From: Eledone cirrhosa
Lineage: Eukaryota
Reading direction: 5' to 3'
NCBI GenBank assembly: GCA_964016885.1
Contig: OZ024761.1
Location: forward strand, 4,960,001 to 5,024,000
DNA: 64,000 nt
Part shown: positions 55,126 to 64,000 of the stretch, piece by piece
Position numbering within the stretch: position 1 is the first letter of the stretch
Layout: each line of letters starts with the position of its first letter
Program-made: the position numbers and the translations under genes
The notes under the pieces: model-generated
Database searches by the model: none
Seen by the model: only the letters and a program-made list of their open reading frames with translations
What the model was told of the DNA's origin: nothing

Positions 55126-56477
55126 TATCATCATCATTGAACGTCCATTTTGCCAGCTAGCATGTGTTAGACAGGTTGCCCCATTGTGAGTCAAGCCAGG
55201 TTCAATGACCATGACTAGCTTATACAGAACTGGCTCTGGTTTGGTTTCTATGGCTGGATGCCCTTCCTAACACCTCATCCCAAGTCTTCCTGGGTCTTCT
55301 TTCATTGTGGTTTCCATCAACCTTGAGTCCCCTGCACCTTTTTATACAGCTGTCATCCTTCATACACATCACATGTCTATACCAGCACATTTTCCTCTCC
55401 TGCATGCTGCATTTGATTCCTCTTATGCCTAGTTTCTCTCTCAGTTCATTTATTCTTTGCCGTTCATGTATTACACATCCATCGTAACATGCAAGCTTTA
55501 TTTCTTTCCAGCCTTCATAGAAGCTCTGCACACAGTGCCCAGGTCTCACTGCCATGTAACATTGCTGTTTCTATACATGCATTATAAAATCTGCCTTTCA
55601 TTTTGAGGAAAAAAAACTTTTGTGGCTAGCAGCGGTAGTTGCTCCCTGAACTTCTGCCATCCCATTCTTACTCTAGCTACAGTGCTTTAGGAACATCCAC
55701 CTCCACTGCTAATTTGGTCACCCAGGTAACAGAAACTATCAACTAATTCTACTGAGCCTTCTAGGCATTTAAAGGTTTAGTATCCTGTGGGATGTTGCTA
55801 CTTACTGTACCTGTGCAATGACCACATACAAAACCTGCGTTCTTTGCTAGCCTACCTGAGATCCCACTACATCTCTTGTGTACCCATAGTTAGCATTTGG
55901 GGCATAGGATGGAGTTTCTGCCTACTCCTTTCCTACACACTGAGCAAGGCCATTACCCTGAGGCAATCTGGGTCCTATTTTCCTTTCTACATATTAGAAC
56001 TTTAGTCTTTGACAAGTTAACTTTAAGACCTTTAGATTCTACACCTTGCTTCCAGCTTTGGAATTTCTTCTCTAGTTCTGCCATAAATTCAGCTACAAAG
56101 GTTAGATAATCAGCATACAGAAGTCCCCATGAGCATCCAGGCTTAAACTTTTCCGTTATAGTCTGCAAGGTGATAATAAACAAGAGAGGGCTAAGAACAG
56201 AGCCTTGATGTACTCCTACCTTCACGCTAAATTCTTCACTAAAGCCGTTATTAATTCTAACCTTGTTGGTTCTTTCTCTATACCACTCATATACTCTTAG
56301 TTTTCTAAGAGCCCACCAGATAATGGAACGAGGGATTCTGCCAAAAGCTTTTTTCCAGGTCCACATATGCCAAGTATAGGGTTTATTTTTAGCTAGGTAC
56401 TTCTCCTGCAGTTACCTCACAAGCAAGAGAGCCTCAGTGGTACTTTTACCAGGCTCAAATCTGAACTGCATCTCATC

Positions 56478-56478
<1 letters not shown>
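55126..56478 (-). mobile_element. Degenerate RTE LINE (RT and 3' end)
   Basis: KAFGRIPRSIIWWALRKL..VGVHQGSVLSPLLFII..LLYAD..GLKVNLSKTKVL; RPRKTW; (GAT)n tail. Confidence 0.9.
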
Positions 56479-56537
<59 letters not shown>

Positions 56538-56542
<5 letters not shown>

Positions 56543-56816
56543 ATATTAAATAAATGGAAACTATATTTATAAAACCATATTTATTCTATTATATATATTT
56601 CAAGGGTACCAAAATTTTGGTACGCTATCATCAGATAAAATACGAAGTGTGTTTTATAAATTTTGACATAACCAAGGAGAATATACCTTAACGGTTCAAG
56701 TTATCCTTGGATAATATCATTGTATATTATACTCCAGAAAATCTGTAGAGTGCTCTGAATCAGTTATAAACATTTATATTTGTTGAATTACCAACAAATT
56801 GAATATCCCTTCTGCT
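56538..56816. mobile_element. Family-A element with HHR at 56583-56641 (minus), 10-nt inverted end and tail
   Basis: Minus: ATTTTAT-CTGATGA-TAGC GTACCAA aatt TTGGTAC CCTT-GAAA-TATATA-T-A-ATAGAAT. CAATGATATT (56538) is mirrored by AATATCATTG (56713). Confidence 0.85.
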
Positions 56817-56857
56817 TATATATATATTTATTTATTTATTTATTTATATACTATACA

Positions 56858-57126
56858 AATAAAGGAACAAAGAGTAAGTGTTGCATCATAACATATTTAA
56901 TAGCATATTACATATGTTTCACTGTCAATCAGCTCAAGGAACGATCAATAATAGATCATTCCTTGAGCTGATCGACAGTGAAACATATGTAATATGTTAT
57001 TAAATATGTTATGATGCAACACTGACTCTTTGTTCCTTTATTCTTATACTATTATACTCTGTGCCAGCATCCAGTGCTCACCCGACAAACTGCCTACAGA
57101 CACAATTTTTCTTGCACCCATACACC

Positions 57127-57127
<1 letters not shown>
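56858..57127. mobile_element. Palindromic element with 3' half of a hammerhead in each arm, plus right tail
   Basis: Arms 56858-56946 and 56954-57042; CAGT-GAAA-CATATG-T-A at 56976-56991. Confidence 0.7.
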
Positions 57128-57158
<31 letters not shown>

Positions 57159-57500
57159 AAATAAAGTGTCTTGCTCAAGGAAACAACACATCACCCTATC
57201 ATTCCACTACAAAGTGGTCGTGGAGGTGCCATGGCAAAAAAGCACCCAGTCCACACTGTAAAGTGGACGTGTAGGCGCCACAGAAAAAAAGCACCCAGCA
57301 CTCACTGTAAATGAGGTTGGTGTTTGGAAGGGCATCCAGCTGTAGAAATCAAGCCAGAATCAGTTCCCAGTTCCCATATGAGCAAGACAAGGTCAGCTGA
57401 CCAGACACTGCTCACACCAAGACAACCCGTCTAACCCATGCTAGTGTGGAAGAACGGATATAAAAACGGTGATGATGATGATATATATATATATATATAT

Positions 57501-58033
57501 AAGAGAGTATTGAAGTTTGCTTGAAGCATTGTGGAACAATAAGTAAATATTTATAAGTCGTTTGGAAGCCTCGACAATGCAAATGGGTAAATCTCTGGGT
57601 AACAAGGTCCGGTGGTGGAGAGAGAGATATGTAAGTGGGTGTACGTTGAGATGCGTGGTGTGTATAAGATGTGTGAGATGTGTAGAATGAAAGGAAGAGT
57701 AAAAGAATAAAAATAATAATAACAACACAAGAGAGAGTTACCTTGGGAGAGATTTAATAGTCCCTATATATTTCGGATTCACATCCATCAACTGGGGTTT
57801 TTTCCGGGGTGGGGGAAAAGGTTGTCTGTCGGACAACTCGGAACGCGTCTTTCGCTGTCTGTTGATTTGAATATCTGAGGTATTCGGCCGAGCGCGCGTG
57901 CGCGTGAAATGGGGTCGGTCGTACAGAGGTCAGCGGCCGAATGAGGGAGTGGGATGGCACTAGCTGTCAGTCCATTCTCTGCCTGTTTGTTAAATGTTAC
58001 TGTGTGTGTGTGTGCGTGTGTTGTCTCGCTTGA

Positions 58034-58065
<32 letters not shown>

Positions 58066-60353
58066 GTTGTTGCCTTGTTCATCTGTATTGGCAGTGTAGT
58101 ATGTTCGTATGGTGGAATGCTACTGTGTGTGTGTGTGTGTGTAGTTGTCTCGTTTGCGTGTGTGTGTGCGTGTGTTGTGTGTCGTTGCATCGCTTGTTAA
58201 CTTAAACCAGCCATTTCATTTCGCTTCTCTCTAATCGGTTGTTTATTTGCGGTTGCAGTTGTTTGATAAGAAGCGCTTCCTTAATACGTAACGTGTCGAC
58301 GTTTCTTTCAATCGCTAGAATTGTGACAATGGGCCTTCCGTCTTTGTTTCTGCATTTGTCTATGTGTTTCTGGAAAGACGAGGCCCTGGTTTTAATGTGT
58401 TCCTTGATCCGGATGTGCATAAGTCGAATTGTGCTACCTATGTAGTATTGGTTGCACCTGTCACATTCTATCTTATACACGACGTATGTGCGTAGGCAAC
58501 AGTTAGCATGGCGTATCGGGCAGTCTCTGAGGGAGCATGCGTCAGTAGATTTTTCGGGTTTTCTGGAGAGGCATCTTCACAGGGAGGGGCCCGAGTGGGC
58601 CAGGTGGATGTCGAGGCCCTCCCTCCGTATAGCCTTACGGATAGCGTTGGTGGTTTTCTCGCCCAGGTGTGGAATATTAAGGAAGCACTTGCTTTGGGTG
58701 CTTCTCTGTCTCTTGCGTCTGGTGTCTCCTATTCTGTCTGTGATCGAGGTAGGGTACCCGTTCGTCTCCAGCACCTCGAGGAATCGCTTGGTATGAGTGA
58801 CACCACTGGCGGGATCGCTACATCTGTTTTTGAAATCGCGCGATCTCGTTCGTGATGTATCCTCTTTTGGCACTGTTAGGGAGGGCGGACTTGTAGTGAA
58901 CGAACAGGTCCCTGCAGGCTGCCTTTCTGTAGAAGTTGCAGTGGATCCCTCCTTGTTCCGTGATGTTGATTCGGAAGTCGAGGAGGGCAAGTGACCCGTC
59001 TTCGTTGGGGTGTTCAACACTGAAGTCAATGTTCTCGTCCGTGTTGTTGAACATCTCATAGATTCTGTTCGCCGTGTCTTGGGAAGATGTGAGGATGAGG
59101 ATATCGTCCACGTATCTTGAGAAAAAGGCTACGGCGTTGAGGTGGCAGGCGTTGAGAGCCTTTCGTTCGAGGTTGTCCATGTAGGAGATCGCTAGCACAC
59201 CTGATAGACTTGATCCCATGGGCAATCCCGAGGTTTGTTGGTATATTTGGTCAAGGAATCCGAAGTAGGTGTTGTCGACGACGATGGATAGGAGTTGGTG
59301 GATGTCAGTGGTGGTGAGCCCGAAGCAGTGTAGAAAACCCGAAAAATCTACTGACGCATGCTCCCTCAGAGACTGCCCGATACGCCATGCTAACTGTTGC
59401 TTACGCACATACGTTGTGTATAAGATAGAATGTGACAGGTGCAACCAATACTACATAGGTAGCACAATTCGACCTTTGCACATCCGGATCAAGGAACACA
59501 TTAAAACCAGGGCCTCGTCTTTCCGGAAACACGTAGACAAATGCGGAAACAAAGATGGAAGGCCCATTGTCACAATTCTAGCGACTGAAAGAAACGTTGA
59601 CACGTTACGTATTAAGGAAGCGCTTCTTATCAAACAACTGCAACCGCAAATAAACAACCGATTAGAGAGAAGCGAAATGAAATGGCTGGTTTAAGTTAAC
59701 AAGCGATGCAACAACACACAACACACGCACACACACACGCAAACGAGACAACTACACACACACACACACGCACGCACACACACAGTAGCATTCCACCATA
59801 CGAACATACTACACTGCCAATACAGATGAACAAGGCAACAACACACGCACACACACACACACTCAAGCGAGACAACAACACACGCACACACACACGCAGT
59901 AACATTTAACAAACAGGCAGAGAATGGACTGACAGCTAGCGCCATCCCACTCCCTCATTCGGCCGCTGACCTCTGTACGACCGACCCCATTTCACGCGCA
60001 CGCGCGCTCAGCCGAATACCTCAGATATTCAAATCAACAGACAGCGAAAGACGTGTTCCGAGTTGTCCGACAGACAACCTTTTCCCCCACCCCAGAAAAA
60101 ACCCCAGTTGATGGATGTGAATCCGAAATATATAGAGACTATTAAATCTCTCCCAAGGTAACTCTCTCTCTTGTGTTGTTATTATTATTTTTATTCTTTT
60201 ACTCTTCCTTTCATTCTACACATCTCACACATCTTATACACACCACGCATCTCAACGCACACCCACTTACATATCTCTCTCTCCACCACCGGACCTTGTT
60301 ACCCGGAGATTTGCCCATTTGCATTGTCGAGGCTTCCAAATGACTTATAAATA
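57501..60353. mobile_element. Penelope-like element, 5'-truncated, head-to-head inverted structure, in (TA)n
   Basis: Minus arm 59329 to 57501 has RT (GLPMGSSLSGVLA..RYVDDIL..LLDFRI) and GIY-YIG (VVYKIECDRCNQYYIGSTIR..RIKEH), frameshifted. Plus arm 59332-60353 mirrors 57548-58564. Tail 57501-57546. Confidence 0.95.
57762..57797 (-). ncRNA. Non-canonical hammerhead-like motif in PLE pseudo-LTR (mirror copy 60102-60137, +)
   Basis: CCC-CAGTTGAT-GGAT gtga ATCC-GAAA-TATA-T-A-GGG. Confidence 0.6.
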
Positions 60354-60529
60354 TATATATATGATATAAAGAAGAGAGACAGTTTAGAATGTACATCCTC
60401 TCTTTATTATATAATCGTGTTATATGTATTTCGAAGATGTCAAAGTGATTGCACAATAACTGTTTGACGTCTTCAGAACTATAGACATGCACAGACAGAC
60501 CCAGTAACTTTGACATAACAATGGTCTCT

Positions 60530-61000
60530 ACCGACTCAGCCCAAATTACAGACTTGCTAATCTGATCACCAAGGTATCGGAAGCTATCAACCACATCTAT
60601 AGATCCTACCTGCATTTGAAAAATGTGTCTATCACTGCGACTTCTCATGTCAAATTTCCCTGAACATCTACTGCACACGTATTTCTCCCTACCTGTTAGT
60701 TTGCCTGCTATCCCACTACACCTCTTGTGTATCCAAGATGTGCATTGTGTACATTTTATAGAATTTATGCCAACTACTTTTCTACATATCGAACATGGCC
60801 ATTTCCCTGATGGAATCAGAGTCTTGTCCTCTTTCCTACTTATCAACACTTTAGTCTTAGCTAAGTTCACTCTCAGTCCTCTTGATTCCAACTGCTGTTT
60901 CCATAGCCAGAATTTATTCTCTAGCTCCTCTACTGATTCTGTGATAGGTACCATATCGACAGCATAGAGAAGTTCCCATGGGCAGCCAATCTTAAACTCT
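60530..61000 (-). mobile_element. RTE LINE fragment (RT C-terminal part with PHD-like Cys cluster)
   Basis: GCPWELLYAVD..GLRVNLAKTKVL..KWPCSIC..NSIKCTQCTSWIHKRC..FRYLGD. Confidence 0.88.
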
Positions 61001-61056
61001 TACACCATTTGGTGTAGGACAGATTAAATGAGAGACACACAAAAAATAAAAACCTA

Positions 61057-61099
61057 GTCACTGAAGAGGTCACAGAATGTGTGACAAAAGAGCTTTGAT
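61057..61099 (+). ncRNA. Hammerhead motif with G12->A mutation (probably inactive)
   Basis: GTCA-CTGAAGA-G-GTCAC agaatgt GTGAC-AAAA-GAGC-T-T-TGAT. Confidence 0.6.
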
Positions 61100-61319
61100 A
61101 ATATATAAACAACCATCCGGTTATCGAACCAACCATCCAACCCGAAATTTATAATAAATTGAAGTGAAAACCAACAGGAGCATGTGTTTTTATTGGCAAC
61201 ATGACCCTCCCAAAGTATAACAATATATGTTTCAACACACGGTTTCAGATAAGAAATCTCACAAAACAAATTCAAAAACAAATCACATATATATATATAT
61301 ATATATGTGATTTGTTTTT

Positions 61320-61360
<41 letters not shown>

Positions 61361-61380
61361 TATAAATATATATATATATA

Positions 61381-61640
61381 TCATCATCATCATCATCATC
61401 ATCACCACTATTTTACATCCGCTTTTCCCTGCTTGCAAGGGTGGGACGGGTCTTATTCAGCACAGCATCTCTCCACTCGTCACGGTCCCTCGTCATCTCC
61501 ACCGTGAGCTTCAATGATCTGAGGTCTGTTCTCACCACCTCCGCCCATGTTTTTCGTGGTCTACCTCTACCACGTCTTCCTTCAACTGGCATTTCCTGGC
61601 ACTTCTTCAACCATCGGTCATCCTCCATGCGCATCACATA
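61381..61640 (-). mobile_element. RTE LINE 3' end with (GAT)n tail
   Basis: VMRMEDDRWLKKC..GRRGRGRPRKTWAEVVRTDL..DRDEWR. Confidence 0.88.
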
Positions 61641-61641
61641 T

Positions 61642-61672
<31 letters not shown>

Positions 61673-61767
61673 GGAAAATGTCCAAGACCCCGATGGCAGA
61701 GCTCAACCCTAAGTATTGAGTGCTTTGGTGCATTATGGTCCACCTGGTTCCTTACCACACTTCCTTC

Positions 61768-61844
<77 letters not shown>

Positions 61845-61855
61845 ATATGTATATA

Positions 61856-62783
61856 TGTAATACAAATGAATATATGAGAGATGAACATCTATACACTTAT
61901 AGAAGTGTTCAGATTGCAAATGACCAAGTTAGCTAGGTTGAAAAAATACTAATTTAACATAATATGGTTTGCAAGTCTCGATTTAAAATAATAAATCAAT
62001 AAAAATAACAAACCTATATTGGCAATGGCCGTGACACCCGGACAAATTTTAAATCTGTTTGACAAATTTCAAATTTGTTTCGCAACAATTAAGTGAAAGT
62101 TACTATTCCTGTGCTCTTCTGCAGGTATCCAGAAATTGGTACCTTCCACTTCAAAATACTTAAGAAGACTGAGAAACATGTGTTGTTGAACGCACGTGTG
62201 TCAGCGCCTAACTCTTTAAGCTATTTAATTGTAAAAGACTATTTCGAGTTTATAACTCAATATTTGATATTTATGGCTCCATGCGTTGAGCTAATTTTTT
62301 AGTCCCATAAAACCGACTGCTATTTTTAGCGGCAGGGATATGAAACGAGTTAGGCGCTGGGACACACGTGCGTTCAACAACACATGTTTCTCAGTCTTCT
62401 TAAGTATTTTGAAGTGGAAGGTACCAATTTCTGGATACCTGCAGAAGAGCACAGGAATAGTAACTTTCACTTAATTGTTGCGAAACAAATTTGAAATTTG
62501 TCAAACAGATTTAAAATTTGTCCGGGTGTCACGGCCATTGCCAATATAGGTTTGTTATTTTTATTGATTTATTATTTTAAATCGAGACCGGCAAACCATA
62601 TTATGTTAAATTAGTAATCTTTCAACCTAGCTAATTTGGTCATTTGCAATCTGAACACTTCTATAATTGTATAGATGTTCATCTCTCATATATTCACTTG
62701 TATTACACGGCTCAGAAATATTCCCTTCTTTGAGCTATTTAATTGTAAAAAACTATTTCGAGTTTATAACTCAATATTTGATA
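61856..62783. mobile_element. Inverted-repeat element with ~360-bp arms, right tail and CAGAAGA hammerhead-like motif
   Basis: Arms 61856-62215 and 62347-62707. 62439-62508: CAGAAGA-GCA..TGC-GAAA-CAAATT tga AATTTG-T-C, with stem I poorly formed. Confidence 0.8.
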
Positions 62784-62954
62784 TGTATATATATGTATAT
62801 ATATATATATATATGTATTTATATGTATATATATATGCATGTGTATATGTTTTTCAAGAGATGTCAACATGAATGGACCTATTATTTTTATCTAAAGACA
62901 TTTTTTCCAATTCCTTCCCACCTGTCCCCTTAATCTATTTTATTTCTCATTCTT

Positions 62955-62990
62955 TCTTCTGATGAAGGACTAGCGTCCGAAACGTTAAGA
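62955..62990 (+). ncRNA. Minimal type I hammerhead ribozyme
   Basis: TCTT-CTGATGA-A-GGAC tagc GTCC-GAAA-CG-T-T-AAGA; the downstream ~100 bp is homologous to 20471-20570. Confidence 0.85.
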
Positions 62991-63074
62991 CCCTCTTCCT
63001 GCTATATCAATCGTTAACCTAATATATACCTTCCATATACTGTACTGATTGTGTTGTTATTTCTGTTTACCTTT

Positions 63075-63106
<32 letters not shown>

Positions 63107-63113
<7 letters not shown>

Positions 63114-63634
63114 CGTAGTTAAGAAAGCCACAACAATGCAGAGGGAAATCTCGAGGTAGGAAGTGAAAGATAGATAGGAAAAACAGGTGAAAGTGAAAAT
63201 TGAGAGAGACAAAGATGAAAACAAAACAAAGGTAGAAGGGTTACCGTAGTGGAGATTTAATCCCAATATTTCGGGCTCACGCCCATCAACGGGGGAAAGT
63301 TCCAAAAGGGGGGGAACAGGCCAAGCGGAGATCCTCATAACGGCATTCCTGTCTTAACGACATCACAACTTTCTCCGCTTGGCCTGTTCCCCCCCTTTTG
63401 GAACTTTCCCCCGTTGATGGGCGTGAGCCCGAAATATTGGGATTAAATCTCCACTACGGTAACCCTTCTACCTTTGTTTTGTTTTCATCTTTGTCTCTCT
63501 CAATTTTCAGTTTCACCTGTTTCTCTTATCTATCTTTCACTTCCTACCTCGAGATTTCCCTCTGCATTGTTGTGGCTTTCTTAACTACGTATTTTACACA
63601 TTTCACAATGCTTCAAGCAAACTTTAACACCCTC
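63107..63634. mobile_element. Non-coding inverted pseudo-LTR pair related to the 57.5-kb PLE
   Basis: Arms 63107-63331 and 63372-63596. Tail CACAATGCTTCAAGCAAACTT is shared with the reverse complement of 57513-57533. Confidence 0.85.
63407..63442 (+). ncRNA. Non-canonical hammerhead-like motif (mirror copy 63261-63296, -)
   Basis: TCCC-CCGTTGAT-GGGC gtga GCCC-GAAA-TA-T-T-GGGA. Confidence 0.6.
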
Positions 63635-63659
63635 ATATATATATATATATATATATATA

Positions 63660-63990
63660 GTGAAAGAGTGAAGAATAACATGGTCAAGAAACCTCTTGTT
63701 GAATCAAACAATGCCGTACGCTTAAACTAGCCAGAATACGGAGTACTCACAACCTCTAACTGGATTACCTATAACGATAACTTGTTATCCCTTATATATA
63801 TAAGGGATAACATTAGTGCGGCAGAAACTCTAGTCCGGGAACATTATAGGCACCCGTTTTACGTGTGTTGTGTTGAGGCAAATAACTATGTGTATACTCT
63901 GGTAATGTATCTTACATTGCCCATTGAGTGCGCTGAGATATAACCGGTACTGGCATTGATTAATATGCTGGGTCCGTCAACCCTTATTAT
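63660..63990. mobile_element. Unclassified (TA)n-embedded repeat with conserved GTGAAAGAGTGAAGAATAACATGG end
   Basis: Same terminus at 8828 and 27458, and more weakly at 54290. Confidence 0.5.
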
Positions 63991-64000
63991 ATATATATAT

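Noticed and set aside
59269-59694. Stand-alone GIY-YIG gene on +
   Set aside because: Chimeric ORF across the PLE inversion junction at ~59330.
60416-60480. Minus-strand CTGAAGA..GAAA hammerhead candidate
   Set aside because: Stem I does not pair in register and the core is sequestered in a longer hairpin; at best a decayed copy.

Overview
Repeat-dense, AT-rich eukaryotic DNA, most likely an octopus (coleoid cephalopod) genome; this is inferred from the tRNA-derived SINE and RTE repeat types and the (TA)n/(CA)n load. Most of the ORF track is microsatellite artefact. One host gene is supportable: five coding exons of a GLT1D1-like glycosyltransferase on + (41187-52948), continuing past the window. 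The rest is RTE and CRE-like LINE fragments, SINEs, MITEs, minisatellites and two Penelope-like element (PLE) remnants (GIY-YIG, one with RT). The main signal is about 25 complete, degenerate or half type-I hammerhead ribozyme (HHR) motifs from more than 10 unrelated sequence families. Most sit in head-to-head inverted-repeat cassettes inside (TA)n tracts, with an unpaired tail on one arm only, the same layout as the coding PLE at 57.5-60.35 kb. Within them I see (i) a C-C mismatch at the 4th position of stem II shared across unrelated families, (ii) non-canonical cores CNGUUGAU and CAGAAGA, the former with stem-II covariation, and (iii) a ~321-nt retrozyme-like unit whose 5' end lies 6 nt from its predicted cleavage site. 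All folds were read by eye; catalytic activity is untested.
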